64,000 bases of DNA from Candidatus Latescibacterota bacterium (GCA_965223905.1 CBDCXV010000011.1:1440001-1504000); one strand, 5' to 3'; positions 8,037 to 18,881 are shown, counted from the first letter of the stretch. Notes: generated by a model not told the origin, from the sequence alone. Translations and numbers: made by a program.

Positions 8037-10184
8037 TTATCCCGCCGACACGCCCTTCAGCATCTCCAGGATGTCCTTCTCGATACCCTGAATATCCGCC
8101 TCGATATCCCCGAGAGGCCGCGGCGGCTTGTACTGGTAGAAGTAGCGGTTGAAGTTGATCTCGTAGCCGATCAGGCCAACCATCCCGTCCCTGTGATCCC
8201 GCTTCGATGTGTCGATCCAGGCATCCGGCACATGGGGCTCGACCTCGCGCTCGAAGAAGGCGCGGACGCTGTCCGGCACTCCATCCTCTCCGGTGGGATC
8301 CTTTCCATCTGACAGGGGCACCCGCTCGGTGTCCCGCTGCTCCGGGTCGGGTTCGGGTGCGCCGTCCTTGCCGCGGCAAATCCCCGCGGTTTCGTCCCGC
8401 TCTGAAAGGGCATCGAGTATCGCTGTCTTGAGCGGAGCCGGGAGCTTCAGGCCGGCTTTCGAGGCCGCTTTCGCAAGCTCCGCAAGGAACGCCTCCCGGT
8501 CCTTGTGAAGGGTGCCGGGCAGGGTCTCGAGCATGGCCAGAACGGCTTCCTGCAGGGCGCGGCCTGCCTCCTCCTCCCTGACGCCGGCGTCCCCGCGCTT
8601 CTTCGATCTGGCAAGGTTCTGAAACCCCTTCTGGTCGCCCAGCCGGGCGATCCATTCCGGGTTCGCCTGGAAATTGAGCCGCAGCGGCCGTTCCACGGTG
8701 ATCTTCCGGTACCCGAACCGGGACGTCGAGAAGACGCGGCTGACGACGGTCTCTTCCTCCTCTCCGTCCTTTGAGGGCTTGCGGGTCTCGCCGTCACGCA
8801 AACCGGCGAGGAGTTCGAGCACATCGGCTGCCTTATCCGGTGGTATCTGGCGCCGCTTGTCCCCGAGGCTCCGCCGCATCGGCGCCCAGAACCCCGTGGC
8901 GTCGATGAGCTGCACCTTTCCCCTGCGGGCCCCCGCCTTGCGGTTGCTCAGCAGCCACACATAGGTGGCGATGCCGGTGTTGTAGAAGAGCTGCTCCGGC
9001 AGCGCGATCAGGGCCTCCAGCAGGTCGTTCTCGAGGATGTAGCGGCGGATCTCGCTCTCGCCGCTGGCGGCGTCTCCGGTGAACAGGGGCGAGCCGTTCA
9101 TGATGATGGCGATGCGGGTGCCCCCCTCGTCCGCTGCTCTGGCATGGGCGAGCATGTGCAGCAGGAACAGGGTCTGGCCGTCGCTGATGCGCGGCAGACC
9201 GGGGCCGAAGCGGCCGGACGCCCCGCGCTCGTGCTCGGCTTCGACCGCGGCCTTGTCCCGCTTCCAGTCCTTGCCGTAGGGCGGATTGGCGATCAGGTAG
9301 TCGAAAGACTGGCCGGCATGGCGGTCGTTGGAGAGGGTGCTTCCGAAAGCGACGTTTTCCGCGTCGCGGCCCGACGGGTCCTTCATGAAGATGTCGGACT
9401 TGGAGACCGCCCAGGTCTCCGGGTTCACTTCCTGGCCGAAGAGATGGATCTCCGCCTGCGCATTGATGGCGGGACGAACCAGTTGGCCGTTGCTGCTCAT
9501 GCCCCCGGTGATGTGCTCCTTGGCGATCATCAGCATGCCGCCCGAACCGCAGCAGGGGTCGTAGACCGAGCGCACCACCCCGGTGCCGGCGATCTCCTTT
9601 TCGTCACCGGAAAGCATGAGGTCCACCATCAGATGGACGACGTCGCGGGGCGTGAAGTGCTCGCCGGGGTTTTCGTCCAGGGCCTCGTTGAAACAGCGGA
9701 TCAGCTCCTCGAAGATCGTCCCCATGCCCGGGTTGTCGATCGCGTCCGGATGCAGATCGACGCTCCCGAACCGTTCCAGCACCTGGAACAGCAGTCCCGC
9801 CTCGTCGAGCTTGCTGATGGTGTTGTCGAAGTCGAACCGCTCCAGCACCTCGCGCATGTTTGGGCTGAAGCCGGCGATGTAGTTCCTGAGGTTGGCGGCG
9901 AGGTTCGGCGCATCGGCGAGCAGCTTGTCGAAGTCGTAGCGGGAGGTGTTGTAGAAACTGAAGCCGGATGTTCGACAGAGCTGGTCATTCAGGTCTTCAA
10001 GGCCCCGCTCCGACAGTTCGGCCTGCCGTTGCAGCACCTTCTCCTTGGTCGGTGCGAGCACGCAGTCGAGGCGGCGCAGCACGGTCAGCGGCAGGATGAC
10101 GTCCTGGTACTTGCCGCGCTTGAAGCTGTCGCGGATCAGGTCCGCGACCCCCCAGAGAAAACTGACTATTCCGCTGTGGTTCAT
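8037..10184 (-). CDS. hsdM: Type I R-M N6-adenine methyltransferase
   Basis: GEHFTPRDV, YDPCCGSGGML, ANPPY, YEINFNRYFY. Confidence 0.95.
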   Translation of the reverse strand: MNHSGIVSFLWGVADLIRDSFKRGKYQDVILPLTVLRRLDCVLAPTKEKVLQRQAELSERGLEDLNDQLCRTSGFSFYNTSRYDFDKLLADAPNLAANLRNYIAGFSPNMREVLERFDFDNTISKLDEAGLLFQVLERFGSVDLHPDAIDNPGMGTIFEELIRCFNEALDENPGEHFTPRDVVHLMVDLMLSGDEKEIAGTGVVRSVYDPCCGSGGMLMIAKEHITGGMSSNGQLVRPAINAQAEIHLFGQEVNPETWAVSKSDIFMKDPSGRDAENVAFGSTLSNDRHAGQSFDYLIANPPYGKDWKRDKAAVEAEHERGASGRFGPGLPRISDGQTLFLLHMLAHARAADEGGTRIAIIMNGSPLFTGDAASGESEIRRYILENDLLEALIALPEQLFYNTGIATYVWLLSNRKAGARRGKVQLIDATGFWAPMRRSLGDKRRQIPPDKAADVLELLAGLRDGETRKPSKDGEEEETVVSRVFSTSRFGYRKITVERPLRLNFQANPEWIARLGDQKGFQNLARSKKRGDAGVREEEAGRALQEAVLAMLETLPGTLHKDREAFLAELAKAASKAGLKLPAPLKTAILDALSERDETAGICRGKDGAPEPDPEQRDTERVPLSDGKDPTGEDGVPDSVRAFFEREVEPHVPDAWIDTSKRDHRDGMVGLIGYEINFNRYFYQYKPPRPLGDIEADIQGIEKDILEMLKGVSAG

Positions 10185-10317
10185 CGGCTTACATGGAGGA
10201 TGTCGTGTTTACGCATCGCTTCGATTCCTGCACTCGCCTCTGCCTGTCCGGGAAGCCTCCCGAGACAGCGAATCCGGATGCGGGGTTCGCGGCCCCGGCC
10301 CGGGGTAGCCGCAACGG

Positions 10318-11376
10318 CTATCCGTCGAGCCGTACCTCGCGCCCGCTTCGCGCCGACTCGTACACGGAATCCTGGATCAGCTGCAGGTTGCGGATCTCGC
10401 GCGGGGTTTGCGACGGTTCGGTCCCCTCGCGGATGGCGGTGGCGAAGCGGTGGATCTCCCGGAACACGCTCTCCCCCCAGGAATGGCGCTGCCCCGGCTC
10501 GGCGTAGTCGGTGGGAGTGCGGTCGACGATCTCCCCTCCCTCGTCCATCAGGACCGACAGCGGGTTGAAGCGGACGGTGCCGCGCTCGCAGATCATCTCG
10601 AAGCTGTAGTGGGCGTCGAGCCGGTCGTGGGCCCAGGTGCCCTCGAGGACGAGGGTGGCGCCGGTATCGAGGCGGATGTGGGCCGCGGCGATGTCCTCCA
10701 CGTCGTACCGGTCGCGCGCCTCCGCGTCCGGCGCGGTCTCGGCCCGTTTGTGCGGGAACAGCCGGTGGGTCGAGCCGGACACCGAGACCAGGCCGGGGCT
10801 TCCGGCGACCCAGAGGGCCACGTCGGCGATATGGATCGCCGTCGAGGCCAGGGCTCCGCCGGCGGCGATCTCGCTGATGTAATGCGGGCCCCACCAGGGA
10901 ATGGAGGGGTAGTAGGTCCAGGCGCGGATGTAGGTGGGTTGGCCGAGCTTCCCCGACTCCACCAGCTCCCTGAGCATGCCGGCTTCCAGCATGTGCCGCA
11001 TGTTGGTGCCGACCTGGATCATGCGCCCGCCCTGTTCCGCGGCCGCCAGCATCCGGTCCGCCTCGGCGACGTTCATGGCGAACGGCTTCTCGCACAGCAC
11101 GTGGGCCCCGGCCTCCAGCGCCGCGACCGCGATCTCGCAGTGCGTCTGGGGCATGGTGGCGACGCTGACGAGGTCGAGGTCACCCGGCTCGAGCAGCTCG
11201 CGGAAATCTCCGGCGGTGCGCGCCCCCGGAAAGCGCTTCCCCGCGGCGGCGAGCGCCTCTTCTTTGATGTCGCACAGCGCCGCGACTTCGACGGTCTCCG
11301 GCATGCGGCCGTAGGCCTCGAAATGGCCCTTCCCCATGGCGCCAAGGCCGACCACTCCCACCCGCAGCTTTTCCAT
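10318..11376 (-). CDS. Gfo/Idh/MocA oxidoreductase
   Basis: VGVVGLGAMG Rossmann motif, HVLCEKP; start taken at MEKLRVG. Confidence 0.9.
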   Translation of the reverse strand: MEKLRVGVVGLGAMGKGHFEAYGRMPETVEVAALCDIKEEALAAAGKRFPGARTAGDFRELLEPGDLDLVSVATMPQTHCEIAVAALEAGAHVLCEKPFAMNVAEADRMLAAAEQGGRMIQVGTNMRHMLEAGMLRELVESGKLGQPTYIRAWTYYPSIPWWGPHYISEIAAGGALASTAIHIADVALWVAGSPGLVSVSGSTHRLFPHKRAETAPDAEARDRYDVEDIAAAHIRLDTGATLVLEGTWAHDRLDAHYSFEMICERGTVRFNPLSVLMDEGGEIVDRTPTDYAEPGQRHSWGESVFREIHRFATAIREGTEPSQTPREIRNLQLIQDSVYESARSGREVRLDG

Positions 11377-11395
11377 CCCGGCTCCTTTCTCTCCG

Positions 11396-11872
11396 TTACG
11401 CCTTCTTCTTCGCGGCGGCTTTCTTCTTTGCCTTCGCCTTCTTCGCTTTGGCCTTCGGCTTCTTCGCTGCCGGCTTGGCAACCGACTGCAGGAACTTCAC
11501 CACCTCCGCGGCCTCCTTGCCCCCCTTCCGGGCATGGGTCATCAGCGCGATCCCGTGCGGCCCCTTCTCGTTGACGACCGCGGGGTTGTCGGCCACCACC
11601 GCCTGCACGATATCGAGCTTGCCCAGCATGGCCGCGGCGAACAGGTCGATGCGAGCCCCGTTTTCCAGCAGATACTCGGCGATGTCCCGGCGGCCCATGT
11701 GCGCCGCGGCTCCCAGCCCGGTCTCCCAGTCGCCGCCTCCCCAGTCCCAGGAGGAGTTGACGAGCGCCGGCTCCTGCGAGATCAGCTCCTTCACGCTGTC
11801 GAAGTCGCCGTGGGCGTCGTTGACGAACTGTTTCACCAGCTCCGGGGAGATGGCGGCTTTCTTCGGTGACAT
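11396..11872 (-). CDS. Ankyrin-repeat protein with Lys/Ala-rich C-terminal tail
   Basis: ETGLGAAAHMGRRDIAEYLLENGA, DLFAAAMLG; tail AKPAAKKPKAKAKKAKAKKKAAAKKKA. Confidence 0.85.
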   Translation of the reverse strand: MSPKKAAISPELVKQFVNDAHGDFDSVKELISQEPALVNSSWDWGGGDWETGLGAAAHMGRRDIAEYLLENGARIDLFAAAMLGKLDIVQAVVADNPAVVNEKGPHGIALMTHARKGGKEAAEVVKFLQSVAKPAAKKPKAKAKKAKAKKKAAAKKKA

Positions 11873-12001
11873 GGTCTTCTTCCTGTGGTGGGGTTGGCGG
11901 GGTTGGCGGCCTTTGACTCGCAGCGGCCGTTTCGGGCCGCCGAATCCGTTCGGGACGGGTCCTGGGTCCTGCCGGCCTTGCAGGTGGATCCTTCGACCGT
12001 A

Positions 12002-12628
12002 TCAGCCGGAGGGGGAGGAGGCCGCCTCGAAGCTCGCCTCCACGTCGGCGCGATACGCCTCGAGGGGTGGCGTTTCCAGGCGTTCCACCTTCGACATGTC
12101 GTCCCAGCGGCGCAGCCGCACCGCGGTGTCGAGGTGGGGATGGCGTGCGAATTCCCGCCGCTCCTCGTCCGACATCGGACCCCCCTGCAGCTCGAGGCTC
12201 TTCTTGGAACCCGCGGACAGGCCGTCCCGGTACTCCGGCTCGACGGCGCACAGGTACCTCTTTGCCGGCACGTGCAGGCGGATCGGCTCGACGATGGCAC
12301 CGGGAAGAAAGCCAACCATGTAGTCGGCCCCGATGACCTCGTGCTCGAGGTCATCGTGCTGGAAGTCCGCGGTCTCGTTGTGCTCGTCGAGCAGGAAATG
12401 CCCGATGTCGTGGAGCAGGGCGGCGGTTACCACCTGCGCTGCGGAGCCTTCCCGGCGCGCCAGGCGGGCGCACTGCAGGGCGTGCTCGAGCTGGGTGACG
12501 CTGCGGTCGTAGTAGATGCCTCCCTTTCTCTGCATGTAGGCGAAGAGCAGGTCGGTTTTCCGCGCTGCCGAAGGGCTTGCCTGCAGATCGGCGCGCAGGG
12601 ATTGATCGATGCGTCCCGGGTTGTTCAC
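12002..12628 (-). CDS. phnZ: HD-domain diiron oxygenase, PhnZ/TmpB-like
   Basis: VTQLEHALQCA, AALLHDIGH, HEVIGA, LHVPAKRYL, SLELQGGPMS, LRRWDD; GTGA coupling to the upstream dioxygenase. Confidence 0.75.
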   Translation of the reverse strand: MNNPGRIDQSLRADLQASPSAARKTDLLFAYMQRKGGIYYDRSVTQLEHALQCARLARREGSAAQVVTAALLHDIGHFLLDEHNETADFQHDDLEHEVIGADYMVGFLPGAIVEPIRLHVPAKRYLCAVEPEYRDGLSAGSKKSLELQGGPMSDEERREFARHPHLDTAVRLRRWDDMSKVERLETPPLEAYRADVEASFEAASSPSG

Positions 12629-13428
12629 AGTACCGTCCTTCCTCGAAAGTGCCTGATCTTGCTGATCATCCCGGCTTCCTCGGGATTCTCCTTCATCTTC
12701 TTCATGGCGGCGAGCTTGTCCTGGTAGTAGCGCTCGCGCAGGTCCCCCGCCGACAGGGCGTTGTAGGTGACGTAGAGCAGCCTGCGCGGCTGGCCGGTGT
12801 TGTTCGGAGGGCTGTGGTGGGGCGCGTACGAACCGAAGAACAGGATGTCCCCCGGATCGGTCGGGACCGCCACCCATTCCATCTGCGCCGCGGCCGTTTC
12901 CTCGATGCAGCCGTGCTCGTCGAGGGCGACGAAGCCCCGGACATGCAGACCCGGGCTGAAGAACAGGCAGCCGTTCTCCGGGGTAGCCGGATCGACCGAT
13001 ATCAGGCAGGTGACGTGGTAGTCGGCGAACTCGTAGGCCGGGGCGTCCTGGTGGGCGGCGTACCCGCCGCCGCCGGGGTACTTGTAGTTGATCTTCTCCT
13101 TGTAGAGGACGGCCGCTTCCCCCATCAGCTCGGAGACCGCCTCGACGACCTTGCCGCGGGTGAGCAGGGCCTGGAGATCCTTCTGGAACGGCGCGAAGTT
13201 CTCCGACCTCGACAGGCGCACCCCCGAACCGGTCCGCTCGAAGTGATGCAGCCATTCCCCGCGGTCCGGCGGCCACTCCGAAACCTCGGCGACCGCCCTG
13301 CCCAGCACGGCGACCTCTCCCGGCTCGAAGAAGCGCCTGATGCGGAGGAACCCGTCCTCTTCCCAGCTGCGTTTCATCGCGGCGCTGATGGCGGGGGCCG
13401 TTCCCTGCGGCCCGTCGAATCTGGACAT
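12625..13428 (-). CDS. phnY: Fe/2OG (PhyH-family) dioxygenase, PhnY*-like
   Basis: KEKINYKYPGGGGYAAHQD, ENGCL, distal His in PHHS; adjacent to the phnZ-like gene. Confidence 0.7.
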   Translation of the reverse strand: MSRFDGPQGTAPAISAAMKRSWEEDGFLRIRRFFEPGEVAVLGRAVAEVSEWPPDRGEWLHHFERTGSGVRLSRSENFAPFQKDLQALLTRGKVVEAVSELMGEAAVLYKEKINYKYPGGGGYAAHQDAPAYEFADYHVTCLISVDPATPENGCLFFSPGLHVRGFVALDEHGCIEETAAAQMEWVAVPTDPGDILFFGSYAPHHSPPNNTGQPRRLLYVTYNALSAGDLRERYYQDKLAAMKKMKENPEEAGMISKIRHFRGRTVL

Positions 13429-13616
13429 ATTGGAAAAAATATACTTTGGCTGTTGTCAGCTCTCCCCGGCCCGTGTTGAAGCTCGCTTTACGGGGGAGTC
13501 CCGGCAAGCGGCGCCGGGTGTCCTGTCCTGAAAAAACCGACGGCTGAAATCCTGGCGCCAAGGGGCCAGGGTCACAAGGCCGCGGCGCCGGCCCTCGGAA
13601 GTACCGAAAACCCCTC

Positions 13617-15006
13617 GTGCAGACACTCATCCAGCGCATCGGTCTTCCCCTGCTCTTCTCCGCCGCCTCCGCGGCCGGCTTCTGGTACGCCGGCGCCCGG
13701 TCCCTCGAACCCGGCGGCGACCGCGTCGAGGTCTCCTGGCTGATCCCCGTAAACGACATGAAGAGCAGCTACGAGGAGCTCGCCGCCGGCTTCCGCGCCC
13801 GCCATCCCGACATCGACCTGCGCATGATCTGGGTCCCCGGCAACCAGTACCAGACCAAGTTCAAGACCCTCTCCGCTGCAGGCGACGCCCCGGACGTCTT
13901 CTACACCGGCGACGTCTGGGTGGCGTACATGCTCCCCTTCCTGCGCGACATGACCTGGTACTTCGAGCGCGACCGCGAGGAGATCGACCTCGACGACTTC
14001 TTCCCCGAGGTCATCCCGGCGATGCAGCACAAGGGCAGGTTCTACTTCCTCGCCGTCCACATCAACGTCTCGATGCTGTATTTCAACCGGAAGCTGTTCG
14101 ACGAGGCCGGCGTCTCCTACCCGACCCCGGACTGGACCTGGGACGACTTCTTCCGCGCCGGCGAGGCGATATCGCGGGTGCGCGAGGACGGCACCCGGAT
14201 CTGGGGATCGGACATCAGCACCTCCTGGTGGGGGGAGTGGCTGATCTACGTCCGCCAGGCACCTTCTGGCGCATCTACAACCGCGTCGAGGACCTCGACT
14301 GGGACGTCGCCCTGCTGCCGAAGGGGCCGGCGCGCAGGCACGGCGGTGAGATCGCTGTCGGCGCCTTTGCCGTCACCAAAAACTGCCGGCACCCGGAAGC
14401 GGCCTGGCCGCTCCACATTCTGGTTCTACCTGATGGCGGGACCGGCGATCATCGGATTCCTGGCCTTCGCCCTGATCCCGATGCTCTACTCCCTCTACCT
14501 CAGCTTCACGCGCTACACCGTGGTGAACCCGCCCGAGTGGATCGGCATCGACCACTACTACGGCGCCCTCGTAGGCGGCGCCGGCCTGATGCTGTTTCCG
14601 CTGGCCTGGATGCTGATGACGAGCCTGAAGTCGTTCACCGAGGTCCTGCAGGAGCCGATGAAGTGGATCCCCGAGCGGTCGCAGTGGAGCAACTACCTCG
14701 TGGTGTTCCGGGAGTTCGAGTTCGGCAGGTTCCTGTGGAACTCGGTCTTCGTCACCGGGATGACGATTGCCGGGACCCTGGTTTCCTGATCGGCCGCGGC
14801 CTACGCCTTCGTCTTCATCCGCGTGCGCTTCAAGGGTCCGAATCGCCAAGGCGGGAGTCATCCTCGGAGGGGCCGGCACCCAGGTGACGCCGTGGAACCT
14901 GGTGATGGCGCTGACCACGGTGATGATCGTGCCGGTCATCGTCGTCTTCTTCCTGGCGCAGAAGCGGTTCATCGAGGGGATCAGCGCCTCGGGGATCAAG
15001 GGGTAG
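13617..15006 (+). pseudogene. Collapsed carbohydrate ABC transporter operon (SBP plus two permease fragments)
   Basis: SBP N-half (APDVFY, PTPDWTWDDF), SBP C-fragment (LDWDVALLPKGP), permease-1 start (GPAIIGFLAF...WIGIDHY), permease-2 start (LFPLAWMLMTSLK) and end ([12 protein letters not shown]), joined by frameshifts and a stop. Confidence 0.8.
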
Positions 15007-15139
15007 GGGAAGAGCTGCAGGTGCCTGGAACAAGCGCGGGGCGCGGGGAATTCTGCAATACAGGGGGAAGCTTGGGCATCAGGGCGGCGAGGACTCTCCG
15101 CAAAGTGCGGCTCACGTGGTGGCGCCGGACCGTACATGC

Positions 15140-15180
15140 AAAGAGGGTGCCGGGGCAATCCCCGGCACCCTCTTTTTTTT
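15140..15180. terminator. Intrinsic terminator, probably bidirectional
   Basis: AAAGAGGGTGCCGGGG-CAAT-CCCCGGCACCCTCTTT plus a T-run, between convergent genes. Confidence 0.85.
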
Positions 15181-15195
15181 CCGAAGCGGTTGGCT

Positions 15196-15405
15196 CTACA
15201 GCGCCCTGACGTTCTCCGCGGCGGGGCCCTTCTGGCCCTGCACCACCTCGAACTCGACCTGCTGGCCTTCAGCGAGCGACTTGAAGCCGTCTGTCTGAAT
15301 GGCGCTATAGTGCACGAAGACATCGTCTCCGTTCTGCACGCTGATGAAGCCGAAGCCCTTGGCGTCGTTGAACCACTTCACTGTTCCTGACTGGCGATCC
15401 GCCAT
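15196..15405 (-). CDS. cspA: Cold-shock protein
   Basis: [24 protein letters not shown]; RBS GGAGG. Confidence 0.95.
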   Translation of the reverse strand: MADRQSGTVKWFNDAKGFGFISVQNGDDVFVHYSAIQTDGFKSLAEGQQVEFEVVQGQKGPAAENVRAL

Positions 15406-15682
15406 AACTAACCCTCCCTGTGGGGCATGTGATTGCAGCAGGACGTTTCGAGATGGACTGGCGGGATGTAACTCAGAACAGCGCGGAACGACTGCCGAAA
15501 ATACCCTCTGCGGGTGCAGAGAGCTTAGTCCGAATAATATATGGCCAATGTCGAAGGAAATCCAAAAGCATTTTGCCGGTCTGGAATACGTCGCTGTACC
15601 GGCGTTTTTACGCGGCTTGCGGCCGAGCCGTAAGCAGGGTGCCCATCTTCGCCGGCCGGTCCCCCTTGCCGGAGGCCGGGAT

Positions 15683-17533
15683 TCAGGTCGAGATACCCTC
15701 CATCGGAGGGAAGTCGTACGAAGGCCGGTGGACGAACCGCTTCATCCCCATGTCGAGCTCGATGCGCGCGGCCGGTCCCAGCTCGACGAGAAGATGCCTG
15801 CCCCCCACGGTCACCCGCTGCTCTTCCCCACCGCCGTCGCTGCCGCGGACCTCGGTGAACTCGTGCTCGCCGAAGGAACCGGCCTGAAGCAGCACCGGAC
15901 GGGCATGGACCGGATCGGTGTTGACGAGGGTGACCCGGGCCCCGTGCGCACCGGCGCGGTCGGCGAGGGCGGCCACGTGCCTGGGCAGCCCGGCGCGCCG
16001 CTGCTCCGGGTCGAAATAGCGCAGGTGGGCCTGCAGCAGGCCGCCGTTGTAGACCGCGGCCGGCGTCCCCATGGCCATCTGCACGAGAGCCTCCGGGAGC
16101 ACCGGGCAGAGCCGCTGGAAGTGGTAGCACTCCCGCGTCTCCGGGTCGCTGTCGTCCGCTTCGAGCCGGTCGAGGGCGCGGCAGACGCTGCCGTAGGTCG
16201 TGTCGAGGACCTGCTCGGGAAACCCGGGGTTCTTCCCCTCGACGAACGCGGACCAGGCCATGGGCGGGCAGATCCCCGCCTTGCCGGCGCCCCAGTCCTC
16301 CGGCAGGCCGGCGAACCCCTCCCGGTCGGGAAACAGCTCGTCTAGGCGCGCGAGGTCCTCTTCGCTCTGGCTCAGGTAGTACAGGTGGATGTAGTGGTAG
16401 GGGTCCGGCGGCCGGTAGTCGAACCAGCCCCGGTCGCCGTGCCGGGACGGGATCATCTGCACCCCGTCGACGTCGCGGCGCAGCGACCACAGCATGTCGA
16501 GCTGCGAGCGGCAGAGGTCGAGATGGGACATGTCCCCCGTCATCAGGGCGGCGCAGCTGCCGGCCACGAAGGCCGGCTCGACGACGTTGCGGGCCCCGTG
16601 CGGCCAGCGCCAGCCGTAGTACCCGCCCCACCATTTGCCGTTGTTCAGCTCCCCGATCCGGCCGCCGGGTCCGATGTTGTCCGGCATGATGCCGCCGTTG
16701 GCGTCGCGGTGCTCCATCCACCTCTCCAGGTAGTCGAGCACCCACTGCCTGTACTTCTCCTCGCCGGTGTACAGGTAGGCGTTGGTGACCATGCTGGCGG
16801 CGTTCAGGTTCAGCGGCACGTCGCCGCGGGTCATGCGCTCGTTTATGAGTGCCAGGACCTTGGCGAAGATCCCGTCGTCGGTCCAGTCGACCTTGAACAT
16901 CGGGTCGTCGCTGCCGGCGCCGGGTATGTCCTCGAAAGGGGAGAGGTAGTCGGCCAGGATCGGCCTGTGGTACTCCCAGTCGGCCTGCGTGGTGACGAAT
17001 CGCGGGCCGCGGCTGCCGTTCAGCGGACCGCGGATCATGCGCCTGTCCGCGTCCCAGTTCGGGGCCAGGGGGTCCTCCCCGGTGTACATGGCGGCGTAGC
17101 GCAGGGCGCGGTTGCGGTCGATGAAATGCCCCGGGTCCGACATGGCGAGGTAGTAGATGTAGGTGTAGCTCTCGCTGTGGTGGAACCAGTCGAAGCCGGT
17201 GACGAACTCGCGGTCGACGGTGCCGTAATCCGCGTACTGCCAGGTGATGGCATCCCACTCCTTGCGGGCGGTGCGGTGGGTGAATTCGCTGCCGCCGAGG
17301 AGGTAGAAGAGCGGAAACGACAGGAAGGCCTCGTAGCCGTTGTCGGTGCCGTCCATGCTCGTCCAGACCGTGCGCTGGATCAGGGTGCCGTCCGGGCGCG
17401 TCGCATGCCTGGTGAAGCGGACGGCCGCCCGGTCCATCAGGTCGAACAGGTGGCGCTGGCGCACCGCCCAGTCCGGCGGGATGGTGCGGCCCCCGGCTCG
17501 CAGCACGGGTTGTGAGTGAAGTTCCTGGTTCAC
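15683..17533 (-). CDS. Conserved hypothetical protein, possibly (alpha/alpha)-barrel glycosidase/lyase-like
   Basis: Long ORF with host-like codon bias, aromatic/acidic motifs ([28 protein letters not shown]); fold is inferred. Confidence 0.7.
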   Translation of the reverse strand: MNQELHSQPVLRAGGRTIPPDWAVRQRHLFDLMDRAAVRFTRHATRPDGTLIQRTVWTSMDGTDNGYEAFLSFPLFYLLGGSEFTHRTARKEWDAITWQYADYGTVDREFVTGFDWFHHSESYTYIYYLAMSDPGHFIDRNRALRYAAMYTGEDPLAPNWDADRRMIRGPLNGSRGPRFVTTQADWEYHRPILADYLSPFEDIPGAGSDDPMFKVDWTDDGIFAKVLALINERMTRGDVPLNLNAASMVTNAYLYTGEEKYRQWVLDYLERWMEHRDANGGIMPDNIGPGGRIGELNNGKWWGGYYGWRWPHGARNVVEPAFVAGSCAALMTGDMSHLDLCRSQLDMLWSLRRDVDGVQMIPSRHGDRGWFDYRPPDPYHYIHLYYLSQSEEDLARLDELFPDREGFAGLPEDWGAGKAGICPPMAWSAFVEGKNPGFPEQVLDTTYGSVCRALDRLEADDSDPETRECYHFQRLCPVLPEALVQMAMGTPAAVYNGGLLQAHLRYFDPEQRRAGLPRHVAALADRAGAHGARVTLVNTDPVHARPVLLQAGSFGEHEFTEVRGSDGGGEEQRVTVGGRHLLVELGPAARIELDMGMKRFVHRPSYDFPPMEGIST

Positions 17534-17729
17534 GGGTGGTTTCCTTTCAAATCGGTGAGGAGCCTGTCGGTTTTGACGGAGTGCCGCTTTCCCGGAGGAA
17601 TCATTGGGGCCGCTCCAAAAGGGGCGCGCCGGGACCCCTGGGGAGATCCCGCCTGCAGCCGCAACCAAGCCATCGGTCGCCAGGCCCGGCCGCAGCCCCG
17701 ACGGGATACCTGGACAGGCCCGGGTCCGT

Positions 17730-18881
17730 TCACGGAAGCGCCTCGAGGAGGCGGTCGATGTCGTCGTGGTTGTTGTACACCGAAGGGGACAGGCGCATCT
17801 TGTTGCCGAAACGCATCGCTATGTGGACGCCGTTCTTCCGGCAGGCGGCCATCGCCCCTTCCGGGTCGGGGACGGCGAAGGAGAGGATGGGGCTCTCGTT
17901 CCCCTTCGGCGTGATCGATTGGTAGCCCCTGCGCGGCAGCTCTTCCTGCAGGCGGCCGGTGAGCTCCCGCGAGTGGCTGCGGATGTTGTCGACCCCCAGA
18001 CGCAATATGTACTCGATGCTCTCCCTGGCGCATACCACCCCCTCGTAGGAGGGATAGCTGACCTCGTAGGCGCCGGCGCCGGTCGCCGGGGAAAACGAGA
18101 TTTCTTCGCTGTCCGGGTCGGCGCTGTCTACCCAGGGGGGATAGTTGAGAGACACCCCTCCGCAGGGCTGCGACGGCTCGAGCACGGTTCCCTGCAGGTC
18201 GGAGCGCACGTACAGGAACCCGAACCCCTTCACCCCCATAAGCCACTTGAAGGTCGAGCAGGCCGCGAAGTCGATCCCCATCGCCTTGACGTCGATCGGG
18301 ACGCCGCCGGCAGCCTGCATGATGTCGGCATAGAGGTAGGCCCCGTTGGCGTGCGCCAGCTCCCCGAGCGCGGCCACCTCGGCGAGAAACCCGTTGACAT
18401 TGGAGACCAGCGCCACGGAGATCAGGCGGGTGTCGCCGTCGACGGCACGCTCCATGTCGGCCATGTCGATCTGCCAGTTGCGGTTCTTGACGATCCGCAC
18501 CTCGAGCCCGCGGCGCTCGCGATACTTGTAATTGTATATGCATGGATTGAAGGTCAGGTCGGAGGTGACGACGTTGCCCCCCGCCAGGTGGTCCCCCAGT
18601 CCGTTGAGGATGTTGCTCTCCGACTCGACGGTGCTGCGCGCGAAGGCGATCTCGCCCGGGTCGGCGTTGATGAGGCGGGCGAACAGGGTCTTTACCTCGT
18701 CCCGCGGCGGCGCCCAGGCCGGCCACCACGGCTCCCCGACCTCGTGGGTGACCCATTCGACGTAGCGATGCAGGGCCGCGGCCGAATGCACGCTGATCGG
18801 ATGCGACGAGGCATTGTCGAAATAGGCCATGGTGCGCGCGCGCGGGAAATCCTCGCGCACCGAGGCGGGGAGGCCGCTCAT
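17730..18881 (-). CDS. Class V PLP aminotransferase (cysteine desulfurase-like)
   Basis: AYFDNAS, ADIMQAAG, STFKWLMG, RLSPSVYN. Confidence 0.88.
   Translation of the reverse strand: MSGLPASVREDFPRARTMAYFDNASSHPISVHSAAALHRYVEWVTHEVGEPWWPAWAPPRDEVKTLFARLINADPGEIAFARSTVESESNILNGLGDHLAGGNVVTSDLTFNPCIYNYKYRERRGLEVRIVKNRNWQIDMADMERAVDGDTRLISVALVSNVNGFLAEVAALGELAHANGAYLYADIMQAAGGVPIDVKAMGIDFAACSTFKWLMGVKGFGFLYVRSDLQGTVLEPSQPCGGVSLNYPPWVDSADPDSEEISFSPATGAGAYEVSYPSYEGVVCARESIEYILRLGVDNIRSHSRELTGRLQEELPRRGYQSITPKGNESPILSFAVPDPEGAMAACRKNGVHIAMRFGNKMRLSPSVYNNHDDIDRLLEALP

Noticed and set aside
15406-15570. Structured cspA 5' UTR and sigma70 promoter
   Set aside because: Plausible, but only a weak TTGGAT/TATATT match, and the structure cannot be supported by eye.
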